Positions 46,980 to 56,593 of a DNA stretch of 64,000 nt are shown one piece after another; within the stretch, counting starts at the first letter, position 1, and each line of letters opens with the position of its first letter. The stretch covers positions 379-64,378 of the forward strand of contig SKLV01000013.1 in NCBI GenBank assembly GCA_007121385.1, written 5' to 3'. The DNA comes from Bdellovibrionales bacterium (GTDB lineage Bacteria > Bdellovibrionota > Bdellovibrionia > Bdellovibrionales > UBA1609). Both the position numbers and the translations under genes were made by a program. Under the pieces are notes generated by a model. That model searched no databases. It saw only the letters and a list, made by a program, of their open reading frames with translations, and was not told the DNA's origin.

Positions 46980-49456
46980 TGATTTTAGGTAAAGGGGGGG
47001 GAGTTGTGAAAACTCAATTTTTACTATTTTTCTTAGCGGGGGCGGTCTCGATACCGGCTTGGGCTCGCTTTGTGGACCCCTCTGGCCTTGTGGAGAGGGC
47101 CCAAGATGTAAAGGTTCAGCAGGTTGAAGAGACAGAGGAGGAACGAGAGACTCCAACAGCCTCTCGTCCCACTCTTCAACAGAGGGTCAGTGCTGGAGTG
47201 GAGAGAGCCCAAACTTGGTGGAGGGATAGACAGGGGCAGGAAGCGGACTCCACTTCGGAAGTCTATCAGCGAACCTCCAGTGAAGAAAGAGGTCCCAGTC
47301 CAGAGCAGATTGAGCAAGTGACCCAATCTCTTTCGGAGGTGGCTCCCGTGCAGGTTTCAACTCCTGGACGACAGGCCAGCCCTGATCTCAAGCGAAACCC
47401 AGCTGGGGTGCCGGTTTTTGAGGTAGAGATGACCCGTCAGGAAACTCAGCCCGATGGGAGCACTCGGGAAGTGAGATTGCGACGAAGAGAGATCCCTCGC
47501 TTGGATGTGGGACTCGAGCCTAGAGTTTCAAGAAATCAGTTTGTAATACCCGATCTCCGCGTGGCTCAGGTTCGCGACCGAGAAGCTCGGCCTTTGCCCA
47601 GTCCATCACTGGTGAATGAGGAGGAGGTTCGCCGCTGGACCGAGATGAGTCTGGCCTCTGTGGGGGCGCCTCGACAGGTTCAGGATGGGCGAACCCAAAT
47701 TGAGAGCCCGGTCACTCAGGCTTCTATTGCGGCCATCCAGATGGATATTAAGCCGGTTGAGGAGCCTTCCCTCAAAGAGGTGAAACCTCTCACCGAGAAT
47801 CAAATGCGCCTTCTGGCGGCTCTGATTTTGTATGACAAGGGCAACCGCTGCCCCACGGTCATAGGTCTGTTTCATGATTTGGCTAAAGAGGACGCCTCTC
47901 TTCGCCAAGAGGCCAACTACTATGCGGGAGCTTGTGCCCTTCGCATGTCTCTTTTCTCCGAGGCGCTGTACAGGCTTAGACCCCTGGCCAGCCAGCCCTC
48001 CAGTCCTTTTTATCAGAGGGCCTTGGCTCGGTTAATGGAGCTCCCGGAGGAGTATGCCGGAGAGGTCACAGCTGTTGTGGCCCAGGTGAGAGACCTCTCT
48101 ATTCTACCCGAAGCCGCTCAGGGCCGGGCTTATTATCTGATGGCTCGCCAGCAGTTTCGGGATAAGAACTACTCTCGGTCCCTCAATTTTGCCAACCGGG
48201 TCAAAGCAGGGCATAGAGATCACCATCGGGCTCAGTATCTTGTGGCTCTCAGTGAGTATTCCCAAAAGCGAGTGGATAGGGCCATATCTATTCTGGATGA
48301 GCTTCATAAGACTTTGGGGCGGGGGCGATCTGCAGCGGACAGAAATCTTCAGGCCCTGGTGACTCTGAACTTAGCTCGAATGTTATTTCAAAAGGAAGAC
48401 TATCAAAGGGCTCATAACCTCTACCGATCTGTGGATAAAGAGAACCCTCTGTGGATTCAGGCTTTGATAGAACAGGGCTGGTCTCAGTTGCACATCAATG
48501 ACTACGCAGGGGCTATTGGCAACATGTACTCCCTGCACTCTCCCTACTTCACAGCCGTTTATAAGCCGGAGTCTTTTGCCATTCGGACTATTGGATATCT
48601 TAATATTTGTCAGTATGGGGACGCCTATCAAACTCTCAGCCTTCTTGAGAACCAGTACAGACCCTGGTTGCCCAAGCTAGATGAATATTTAGGGGGACGA
48701 AAACCCAGTGAACAGGCCTACGACACAGTTCGGCGCTATCTCCAAGGGCGTAGCACTCAAGATGTGGATGGACTTCCCTACAGAGCTCTGCGTGAAGTGG
48801 CCCGTCAACGTCCATTTTTAAGCTTACAGGCTCATCTGAACACCAAGGCGGATCAGGGGGATCGGTTTAAAGGAGTGGCAGACCAAATTCGTGCCGAGCA
48901 AGAGAGGGTTCGAGTGAGGATGGCCCGGTCCCAGGAGCGCTATGATCAAGCTGTGGCTCTTCTTCAAAGAGCTGAGACCGACTCCAGTTTGGCGGCTCAA
49001 GTGAACCAGTTGAGAGGACAGCGTCGCACAGAAAGAGATTTAGTGGTGGGCTACAGGTATCAGTTGGCCATTTACGAGCAGGGGAGACAGGGATTTCTTC
49101 GTCTAAAAGAAAATGGAGAGCAGCGTCTTGCAGAGGAGCGCAGACAACTTCGCGAGAGGGCCGGGAACTTCGTTCTGACTGATCTTCGTCGGGTCAGGGG
49201 AGAAATTAGTGATCTTTTGGATAAGAATGAGTTTCTTCGCTATGAGGTCTTTTCAGGGAGCGGAGAGAACATTCGCTTTCAGGCGGCTGGTGGACAGGTT
49301 GGAGCTCCCAACCGAATTCCTGCCAGCATTCAGCCCGAGCGCAATCTGAGCTGGAGTTTTCGTGGAGAGTTTTGGAAGGATGAGATTGGTGCCTACAGGT
49401 CCACACTCAGAAATAACTGTCCAAATGTTCATGGTATTTCAAAATTGGGGAACTAA
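46979..49456 (+). CDS. Secreted TPR-repeat protein (GltI/AgmK-like position)
   Basis: TGATG overlap. Signal peptide KTQFLLFFLAGAVSIPAWA. TPR-like repeats in the central part and a coiled-coil C-terminal part. GTG 47006 is an alternative start. Confidence 0.55.
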   Translation: MILGKGGGVVKTQFLLFFLAGAVSIPAWARFVDPSGLVERAQDVKVQQVEETEEERETPTASRPTLQQRVSAGVERAQTWWRDRQGQEADSTSEVYQRTSSEERGPSPEQIEQVTQSLSEVAPVQVSTPGRQASPDLKRNPAGVPVFEVEMTRQETQPDGSTREVRLRRREIPRLDVGLEPRVSRNQFVIPDLRVAQVRDREARPLPSPSLVNEEEVRRWTEMSLASVGAPRQVQDGRTQIESPVTQASIAAIQMDIKPVEEPSLKEVKPLTENQMRLLAALILYDKGNRCPTVIGLFHDLAKEDASLRQEANYYAGACALRMSLFSEALYRLRPLASQPSSPFYQRALARLMELPEEYAGEVTAVVAQVRDLSILPEAAQGRAYYLMARQQFRDKNYSRSLNFANRVKAGHRDHHRAQYLVALSEYSQKRVDRAISILDELHKTLGRGRSAADRNLQALVTLNLARMLFQKEDYQRAHNLYRSVDKENPLWIQALIEQGWSQLHINDYAGAIGNMYSLHSPYFTAVYKPESFAIRTIGYLNICQYGDAYQTLSLLENQYRPWLPKLDEYLGGRKPSEQAYDTVRRYLQGRSTQDVDGLPYRALREVARQRPFLSLQAHLNTKADQGDRFKGVADQIRAEQERVRVRMARSQERYDQAVALLQRAETDSSLAAQVNQLRGQRRTERDLVVGYRYQLAIYEQGRQGFLRLKENGEQRLAEERRQLRERAGNFVLTDLRRVRGEISDLLDKNEFLRYEVFSGSGENIRFQAAGGQVGAPNRIPASIQPERNLSWSFRGEFWKDEIGAYRSTLRNNCPNVHGISKLGN

Positions 49457-49471
49457 AAAAGGGAGAGGTCT

Positions 49472-50113
49472 ATGAAAAGGGTAAAAATGATCATCGTCAC
49501 GGGACTGGTCTTAATGACCGGAGTGGCAGTGGCTTCAGAGGCGGATGTTCAGGGACAAATACAATTGCTCAGACAAAACTTGGAGAACTCAAGAGCCAAT
49601 TTGCAGCAGTACCGAGCCAATATGGAGGCCAGTAGTGCTAATGCGGTTGAAGCCACCCAGGCGGTCCGACAACTGCGAGAGCAGAGAACTCAGCTGAATC
49701 AAAACACCAGTAATATCGAGAAGAACAAAGCTCTCATTGATCAAGTGCAAAAGCAGATTCAGGGCTTTCAAAAAGAAGAAGCGGCCCAGTTGGCCACTGA
49801 GCAAAAGCAAATTGCTGAGCTCAGAGCAATTTTAGAGGCCCTGGAAAAAAACAAAGCACAGCGGGAAAAAAATATCCAAGTCTATCAGGCTCAGCTTCAG
49901 CAGCTGGAGCAAGACAAAGAGGGGTGGGATTCTCAGCGCACGGCCCTGGCTGAGCTCAATCGGGAAATTGATCTCAAGGAGCAACAGGCTTTGGCTCAAA
50001 GGCAAAAGTGGCTGGACCGTCGTCAAGCCTATCGTGAGGAAGCCGTTAAGTGGCATCGTCAAAGCCAAGTGGCTGAGCAGTCCTACACTCGAGCCAGAAG
50101 ATTAAATGACTAA
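49472..50113 (+). CDS. Secreted Gln-rich coiled-coil protein
   Basis: Signal peptide MIIVTGLVLMTGVAVASEA, then about 190 aa of heptad-like Q/E/K/L sequence. Last gene of the plus-strand cluster. Confidence 0.55.
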   Translation: MKRVKMIIVTGLVLMTGVAVASEADVQGQIQLLRQNLENSRANLQQYRANMEASSANAVEATQAVRQLREQRTQLNQNTSNIEKNKALIDQVQKQIQGFQKEEAAQLATEQKQIAELRAILEALEKNKAQREKNIQVYQAQLQQLEQDKEGWDSQRTALAELNREIDLKEQQALAQRQKWLDRRQAYREEAVKWHRQSQVAEQSYTRARRLND

Positions 50114-51879
50114 ACCAATGGAGGCAGCTCTGTGGAGCGGTTTTGGGATTTTTGCGAAGCCCTCCACAGCTTGTGGTAGAGGCCTTGATTGGCCAGAAGC
50201 TCAGAGTGGGAGCCCACCTCGGCAATCTTTCCTCTGTCCAGAACCACAATTTTATCACAGGCTAAGATGGTTGAGAGCCTATGAGCAATGATCAAGCTGG
50301 TGCGGTCCTTTGTCAGTTCTCCAATGGCCTGTTGAATTTTCTCTTCGCTCAGAGAATCAATATTGGCTGTGGCTTCATCCAGGATCAAGATATCCGGGTT
50401 AAAAGCTAGGGCTCGAGCAAAGGCAATGAGTTGGCGCTCGCCCAGACTTAAGTTCGCTCCCTTTTCCTCAATTTTTTTGTTGAGAGGTAGGCTGCATTGA
50501 GCCTTCCGAGCGGCTTCCTCGACTTGTTCTAGAGAAATCTGAGGGCTATTTAAACTGATGTTTGAGGCCACCGTGCCGCGAAATAAAAAAGGGTCTTGTT
50601 GGACCACACTGAGTCGGCCTCTAACCTCTCGCGCGGACATTTTGCTTAAAGCGATGCCATCAATAAAAATCTCCCCTTTTTGGTAGGGGTACAGTTTCTG
50701 TAAAGCGGCAATTAAGCTGGATTTGCCGCTGCCGGTCCGGCCGACCAGGGCTACCGACTCTCCAGCTTCAATGCAGAGTTTCAGGTCCTCGAGGACCCAG
50801 GGGCCTTTGTTCTCATAGCGCATGCAGAGGCCTTTCAGTTCAATCCGGCCTTTTAGGGGAGAGTCCCCCAGCTCTTGTCCCCCCAGGTCCTCTTCGGGTT
50901 CATCCATAAGAGTAAAAATCCGATCGGCACTGGCCAAAGAGTTCTGAAGAGCATTGTAGCGCTCTAAAATCACTCGAAGGGGTCTAAAGAACCCTTGAAG
51001 CAGCAACACGAAGGCACTGAGTGTGCCTACGGTGAGAGCCAGCTGGCTTTGGAAAAGAGCTCCGAAAAAAAGAGCTGTCAAGATAGTCACTAGATTGAAG
51101 GCCTCGAGAAGTGGCCACAGCAGGGCAAAGAGCTGGACACCTTTAAACTGTTGTTTTTTGTACTCTCCAGAGAGGTTGGCGAAGCCTCTTTTTCGGGCCT
51201 CGGAGTGGTCAAAGACCTGAATAATCTTAATCCCATTAATACTTTCGGCGGTAAAGGAGTTGATAGCTGAAATGACCCGCTTTTGTTCGGCGAACACAGC
51301 TCGGATTTTTCGACTGATCAGGACAGAAAACCATATCAAAAGGGGGGCTATAAAAAGAGTCAAAAAGCTTAACTTCCAAGAAAGGTAAACAAGGGCAACG
51401 ACAATGGAGAGAAGTTCAATCAGGTTAACGAAGATGGCCGTGAATCCTTGGGTAAAAAGCTCACCTAAAGAGTGAATATCATTGGTCACTCGAGTGACGG
51501 TTCTTCCAATGGGGTTCTTGTCAAAATAGCGGGCCGGAAGACTTTGCACATGATCGATGAGTTTTTCTCTCACATTAAATAAAATGCGATTGCCTACTTT
51601 TTGCATCAAATAGCTTTGAGCGAAGGCCAAGGAGGAGCGCAGGGCTTCAAAGAGGAGGTAGATGCCAGCAATGAGCCACACCATGGACAGATCGCCCTTT
51701 TCAATCCCCTCGTCGAGGGCCAGTCCAAAAAGGATGGGGAGGCTCCGACTCACCCCCACAAAGGCCAGGACCAGAAGAGTCGCCCACACGAGTCGTCTTT
51801 TATGTTCTCGCATAAAGGGCCACATTTTTTTCAGGAGAAGCCCCAAACTCATAGGGGGACGGGTGTTCTCCTCATACAT
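50110..51879 (-). CDS. ABC exporter, fused permease/ATPase (MdlB/MsbA-like half transporter)
   Basis: Six-TM N-terminal domain. Walker A GRTGSGKSS, signature LSLGERQLIAFARAL, Walker B ILILDEATA. Start candidates are 51879 (GAGG SD), 51894 and 51852. Confidence 0.85.
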   Translation of the reverse strand: MYEENTRPPMSLGLLLKKMWPFMREHKRRLVWATLLVLAFVGVSRSLPILFGLALDEGIEKGDLSMVWLIAGIYLLFEALRSSLAFAQSYLMQKVGNRILFNVREKLIDHVQSLPARYFDKNPIGRTVTRVTNDIHSLGELFTQGFTAIFVNLIELLSIVVALVYLSWKLSFLTLFIAPLLIWFSVLISRKIRAVFAEQKRVISAINSFTAESINGIKIIQVFDHSEARKRGFANLSGEYKKQQFKGVQLFALLWPLLEAFNLVTILTALFFGALFQSQLALTVGTLSAFVLLLQGFFRPLRVILERYNALQNSLASADRIFTLMDEPEEDLGGQELGDSPLKGRIELKGLCMRYENKGPWVLEDLKLCIEAGESVALVGRTGSGKSSLIAALQKLYPYQKGEIFIDGIALSKMSAREVRGRLSVVQQDPFLFRGTVASNISLNSPQISLEQVEEAARKAQCSLPLNKKIEEKGANLSLGERQLIAFARALAFNPDILILDEATANIDSLSEEKIQQAIGELTKDRTSLIIAHRLSTILACDKIVVLDRGKIAEVGSHSELLANQGLYHKLWRASQKSQNRSTELPPLV

Positions 51880-53656
51880 AGTTGGGCACCTCATCGGGAT
51901 TAAAAACTCCCTCAGACTCAGATTGCAGAGCGGCGATTTTTCTCAAAGTGGGGGATTCGCGCAAAACCTTTTCCCGGGGGCCAAAGCACTCCACTTGCCC
52001 TTGGTCCAGCACTAGAATTTGATCAGCCCACTCTAGGGCGGCCAGCCGGTGGCTAATGATAATGCAGGCGGGGGCTTTGGCCTGAGAGTCTTTATCGGCA
52101 AGTGCCGACTGTATTTGATCTAGAATCCGCTTTTCCGTCTGGCGGTCTACGGCGCTTAAGGAGTCGTCAAGAATGATCATTGGGGCTTTTCGCAAAAGGG
52201 CCCGGGCCAGAGTCAGTCTTTGACGCTGGCCTCCTGAAAGGTTCACCCCTTTTTCTCCTAAAATAGACTCATAACCCATGGGGAAGTCCCGAATCTCCCT
52301 GTCCATATCCACAACTTGGCTGACCTCTTCGACCTGTTGTGGGTCTTCGGCATCGCAGCCCAGGGCAATGTTTTGAGATACGGTATTGCTGAATAAAAAG
52401 GCATCTTGGGGCACCACTGAAATTAGACGGCGATAGTGGGAGAGTTCAATATCCTCCACGGGTATGCCATTGATAAATAAACTTTGGGCCGGGGCGGGCT
52501 GTACCCGGGTGAGAAGGTCCACCAGGGTGGACTTTCCAGAACCAGTCATACCAGTGATTCCCAAAATCTCACCCGCCTTAAGAGTAAAAGAAATATCTTT
52601 AAGAGTGGGCAGGTCTTTGTCTGGATGGAAAAAGTTGAGGTGACGGACCTCTAGTTTTTGAAAATGCTCCACGGCTGTTTTTCCCTGGGGGAGAATGTCC
52701 GGCGGGCTATTTAAAACCTCTCCAATTCGTGCAAAAGAGGCGTTGCCCTCTTGAATATAATTAAATCCAATTCCCAAGGCACTCATGGGCCAGACCATTC
52801 TTTGAATGTACTGGTAGAAGGCAAAAAATTGGCCCACGGTGACTTCTCCCGCAATGACAGCCGGAGCTCCCACCACAAGCAGAATGACACTGCCCACTGT
52901 CACAGAGAGCTCAAGCACAGGGCTAAAAGAGGCATCCACCTTAGCCACTTGATTGCAAGCCATCTCATATTTTCGATTAAAGACATTAAATAGCTGAGTT
53001 TGGTTTTTTTCCTGAGCATAGGCTTTGATTGTTTTGATGCCCGAGACGACCTCTTGAGCTGAACCGGAGAGCTCAGCAAACTGGTCCTGCTGCCTTCGAT
53101 AGCGGTTGTGAATTTCATCAATGACTTTTTTCACCACAAAGGGAACTAAGGGCATGAGAACAAGTGTTTTCAGCGTCCAGGGCACGGACAGGCTGAGCAT
53201 GATGGGGGTGATAATGAGAATCAAAAATACAGCATCCAGAAGAATTAAAATTCCCGGGCCAATGGCCATGCGGAAAGAGTTCACGTCATTGTTGATCAGG
53301 CTCATCAGATCTCCAGTGCTTCGGCGTTGGTAGAAGCCGGGCCCGAGCTGAACAAAATGGCTGTAAATTCTCTGGCGCAGATCATCCGCCACGGAGACAT
53401 GAAAGCGTCCCCAAAGAATCCGCCAAAAATAGCGAAACACAGAGAGGCCCAATGTGAGTCCGGCAATGACCCCTAGGGTCCTAGTCACTTCGGTCATGGA
53501 CTCAAAATCCACAATGCGGTCCAGGGCCTGGCCAATAAACAGAGGAATGAAGCTGTCAAAGAGGTTGGTGATGAGAAGGGCGATCACCCCTAAGCTAAAA
53601 AGGCCTTTGTGCTTTTGGATGTAAAAGCGGTAGGGGCGGGACAAGGTCTTGGGCAT
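51872..53656 (-). CDS. ABC exporter, fused permease/ATPase (MdlA-like half transporter)
   Basis: TM domain, then Walker A GMTGSGKST, signature LSGGQRQRLTLARALL, Walker B MIILDDSLS. Overlaps its partner gene, suggesting a heterodimer. Confidence 0.85.
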   Translation of the reverse strand: MPKTLSRPYRFYIQKHKGLFSLGVIALLITNLFDSFIPLFIGQALDRIVDFESMTEVTRTLGVIAGLTLGLSVFRYFWRILWGRFHVSVADDLRQRIYSHFVQLGPGFYQRRSTGDLMSLINNDVNSFRMAIGPGILILLDAVFLILIITPIMLSLSVPWTLKTLVLMPLVPFVVKKVIDEIHNRYRRQQDQFAELSGSAQEVVSGIKTIKAYAQEKNQTQLFNVFNRKYEMACNQVAKVDASFSPVLELSVTVGSVILLVVGAPAVIAGEVTVGQFFAFYQYIQRMVWPMSALGIGFNYIQEGNASFARIGEVLNSPPDILPQGKTAVEHFQKLEVRHLNFFHPDKDLPTLKDISFTLKAGEILGITGMTGSGKSTLVDLLTRVQPAPAQSLFINGIPVEDIELSHYRRLISVVPQDAFLFSNTVSQNIALGCDAEDPQQVEEVSQVVDMDREIRDFPMGYESILGEKGVNLSGGQRQRLTLARALLRKAPMIILDDSLSAVDRQTEKRILDQIQSALADKDSQAKAPACIIISHRLAALEWADQILVLDQGQVECFGPREKVLRESPTLRKIAALQSESEGVFNPDEVPNYV

Positions 53657-53723
53657 GGGCTGAGGCTAACAAAGGGACAAGCTGATGGTCTATGGGGATT
53701 TTCCTCTGGCTTTAATCTTGACG

Positions 53724-53760
53724 GGGGCTTGAGCCCCACCCCATATAGTGGGGTGGAGAG
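53724..53760 (+). promoter_or_regulatory. Two mutually exclusive GC hairpins in the crcB leader; the second overlaps an SD-like GGTGGAGAG
   Basis: Hairpin 1 is GGGGC (53724-28) / GCCCC (53733-37). Hairpin 2 is CCACCCC (53736-42) / GGGGTGG (53750-56). They share 53736-37. The SD-like purines are at 53752-60. Confidence 0.3.
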
Positions 53761-53766
53761 AGCTCT

Positions 53767-54165
53767 TTGGCGGATGGGGGAGCAATGCACTGGTTGATCT
53801 TAACTTTGTCTTTAGGCGCTTTAGGTGTGGCTTTACGCTGGTGGGTGATCACTTGGCTTGGGGTCACGAGCTTTCCCTGGGCGACGCTTTTAGTCAATGT
53901 TGGTGGAAGTGGAGTGATCGGTCTGCTCTATGCCGATATGGTCTTTCGCGGTCACTCCCAGTGGGGCCCTTTTGCGGCCGCCTTAGCCGTGGGATTTTTG
54001 GGAGGGGTGACCACCTACTCCAGTTACTCCTTGGATGTGATTCGCTTAGGAGAATCGGGGCTGTGGACGGTTGCGGCCACCTATGTTCTAGCGCAAAATC
54101 TGTTCTGCATTGGAGCCTGTTGGCTGGCCTACCGTCTGGGCTTGGAGCTATTCAAATTAATTTGA
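53767..54165 (+). CDS. crcB: Fluoride ion channel CrcB/FluC
   Basis: LGALGVALRWWV, TLLVNVGGSGVIGLL and GFLGGVTTYSS are typical CrcB motifs. TTG 53767 has SD GGAGAG at 6-nt spacing. ATG 53785 is an alternative start. Confidence 0.85.
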   Translation: MADGGAMHWLILTLSLGALGVALRWWVITWLGVTSFPWATLLVNVGGSGVIGLLYADMVFRGHSQWGPFAAALAVGFLGGVTTYSSYSLDVIRLGESGLWTVAATYVLAQNLFCIGACWLAYRLGLELFKLI

Positions 54166-54265
54166 GGGCATAGGGGGTGGGGGAACTAGGACGCACCGCC
54201 GCCGCACCAGGAACTTGGTACCTTTAGGCCGGGAATGGTGCTAAGTTTTGGGAGATAACTTTCAT

Positions 54266-54871
54266 ATGCTCAAAGTACATTTTGGGAGTCGCTGTATGTC
54301 GCAAAAGGCTGTAGCCACACAGAGTCCAGACCCTTCCCCGGAGGGGGAGCCAGGGGCTTCGGATCGTCAGTTGGTGGAGGAAACTCGCTCCTTCGCCTTC
54401 ACCACTCGCATTGATAAGATTGTGGCTTGGGGCCGAAAAAACTCCCTCTGGCCCATGCCCTATGGGACAGCTTGCTGTGGTATTGAGATGATGTCGGTGA
54501 TGATGCCTCGCTACGATCTGGCCCGTTTTGGGGCTGAGGTGGTGCGCTTCTCACCCCGCCAGGCCGATCTGTTGATCGTGGCCGGAACTATTACAGAAAA
54601 AATGGCGCCAATCATTATCCGCATCTATCAACAGATGCTTGAGCCTAAATATGTTCTCTCCATGGGGGCCTGTGCCAGCTCGGGTGGGTTTTATCGTGCC
54701 TATCATGTGCTCCAGGGAGTGGATAAGGTGGTTCCTGTGGATGTCTATATTCCCGGTTGTCCGCCCACTCCTGAGGCCGTTTTAGATGGAGTCATGACCA
54801 TTCAAAAAATGATTGAAGACAATGTTCCCCGCCCTTGGCGGGATCACTGGGAGCCGGGCGTTTATCGATGA
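54266..54871 (+). CDS. nuoB: NADH-quinone oxidoreductase subunit B
   Basis: N2-cluster motifs [15 protein letters not shown] and IPGCPPTPE. The start is uncertain (54266 or 54296). Confidence 0.9.
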   Translation: MLKVHFGSRCMSQKAVATQSPDPSPEGEPGASDRQLVEETRSFAFTTRIDKIVAWGRKNSLWPMPYGTACCGIEMMSVMMPRYDLARFGAEVVRFSPRQADLLIVAGTITEKMAPIIIRIYQQMLEPKYVLSMGACASSGGFYRAYHVLQGVDKVVPVDVYIPGCPPTPEAVLDGVMTIQKMIEDNVPRPWRDHWEPGVYR

Positions 54872-56550
54872 AAAATATAACAGAATCCATTCGTCAGGAT
54901 CTCAATGAGAAATTTCCTGGCAACAAATTTGAGTGTAACTTTGTCTTGGGCGACAATGTGGTGGATTTGCCTCCCGAACAGGTGGTTCCTGTTCTTCGCC
55001 ATCTGAAGGAAACGGGTCAGTTTGACTTTTTGATGCATGTGGCAGCGGCGGACTATCCCGAGAGGGAAAAGCGCTTTGATGTCTGCTACGAGCTCTTTTC
55101 CAGCAAGAGCTTTAAACGGCTGCGCTTGAGAGCCAAGCTGGCCGAGGGAGAGTCGGTTCCCACCGCCACCACAGTTTGGAAGGGGGCTGATTGGTTTGAG
55201 CGGGAGTGCTATGACATGTTTGGCATTTCCTTTTCCGGCCACCCCAACTTAAGGCGTATTCTCTGTCACCATCAGTTTAAAGGGCATGCTCTGCGGAAAG
55301 ACTATCCTGCAGACTTGCAACAGCACTGCACAGAGGCTCTCCCCATTCACTTTGATAACGATCCCGACTACGTCCCTGATGAGAGCAAGGACTTAGTGCC
55401 CCTTAACATTGGACCCTCTCATCCCGCCACTCATGGAACATTGAGAATTATGGCAGAATTGGATGGAGAGAAAATCCACCGGGCCGGAGTGGAGATTGGT
55501 TATCTGCATCGCTGTTTTGAAAAGATGGCGGAGACACATCCTTATAACCAGGTGATCCCCTACACCGATCGTCTCAACTACTGCTCAGCTCCCATGAACA
55601 ATGTGGGCTACTGCAAGGCTGTGGAGAGGGCTTTAGGGGTGGAAATTCCTCCCAAGGCTCAAGCCATTCGGGTTATTCTCTGTGAACTGTCGCGAATCAT
55701 CGATCACATCATCTGCGTTGGTGCCAATGCTCTGGATCTAGGGGCGATGACGAGCTTTTTTCACCTCTTTACCTATCGGGAAAAGGTCTACACTTTGTTT
55801 GAGCGCCTCTGCGGAGCCCGACTGACGGTGGCCATGACTCGAGTGGGGGGGATGGCTCAGGACCCACCCGAGGGCTGGTTTGATGAGGTTCTTCAGTTCT
55901 GCAAAGAGATGCGCCAAGGGGTTGATGACCTAGAAAGGCTCTTGACCAACAACAAGATCTGGATTCAGCGCACTCGTGGGGTGGGAAGTATTTCTGCCGA
56001 AGAGGCCATTGAGTGGGGTTACACGGGCCCCTGTCTGAGGGCGACGGGAGTGAGCTTGGACTTGCGCAAGGCCGATCCCTACTACGGCTACGAGACGCTG
56101 GACTTTGATGTCCCGGTGGGGACCTCCGGAGATGTCTACGACCGCTACTTGGTGAGGGTAGAGGAAATGCGTCAGTCCATTCGCATTCTCGAGCAAGTGG
56201 CTAAGAATGTTCCCGGTGGGGATTACACCATCCGCGACAAGGGCATTGTTCTGCCGGAAAAAAAGGATGTATATGGCAACATCGAGGGTTTGATGAACCA
56301 CTTTATGTTGGTCATCAAAGGACTCAGGCCAGCGCCGGGAGAGCTCTATGATGCCACTGAGGCGGCCAATGGAGAGCTGGGCTTTTACTTGGTCAGCGAT
56401 GGCAGTGGTAAGCCCTATCGTCTGAAAGTGCGCCCTCCCTGCTTTGCCATTTATCAGTCCTTTCCCAAGCAGGTCACGGGAGGATTGGTGGCCGATGTGA
56501 TCGCTATTTTGGGGAGTATGAATTTAATTGCCGGAGAGCTGGACCGCTAA
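54868..56550 (+). CDS. nuoCD: NADH-quinone oxidoreductase fused subunit C/D
   Basis: ATGA overlap with nuoB. NuoC part is [22 protein letters not shown]. NuoD part is [12 protein letters not shown]...DRLNYCS...GELG. Length 560 aa. Confidence 0.9.
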   Translation: MKNITESIRQDLNEKFPGNKFECNFVLGDNVVDLPPEQVVPVLRHLKETGQFDFLMHVAAADYPEREKRFDVCYELFSSKSFKRLRLRAKLAEGESVPTATTVWKGADWFERECYDMFGISFSGHPNLRRILCHHQFKGHALRKDYPADLQQHCTEALPIHFDNDPDYVPDESKDLVPLNIGPSHPATHGTLRIMAELDGEKIHRAGVEIGYLHRCFEKMAETHPYNQVIPYTDRLNYCSAPMNNVGYCKAVERALGVEIPPKAQAIRVILCELSRIIDHIICVGANALDLGAMTSFFHLFTYREKVYTLFERLCGARLTVAMTRVGGMAQDPPEGWFDEVLQFCKEMRQGVDDLERLLTNNKIWIQRTRGVGSISAEEAIEWGYTGPCLRATGVSLDLRKADPYYGYETLDFDVPVGTSGDVYDRYLVRVEEMRQSIRILEQVAKNVPGGDYTIRDKGIVLPEKKDVYGNIEGLMNHFMLVIKGLRPAPGELYDATEAANGELGFYLVSDGSGKPYRLKVRPPCFAIYQSFPKQVTGGLVADVIAILGSMNLIAGELDR

Positions 56551-56593
56551 GCCGGGTTGGCCAAGGCTAAGGAGAGGAATAGGGTTAAGATTT

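Noticed and set aside
53641-53700. Possible fluoride riboswitch core (GGGCATGGGCTGAGGCTAAC...GCTGATGGTCTA)
   Set aside because: The resemblance to GGnGAUGG / CUGAUGAnnCCUAC is only superficial. I could find no P1 helix or loop-tail pseudoknot complementarity. The 5' part overlaps the start of the divergent ABC gene. A cmsearch is needed to be certain.
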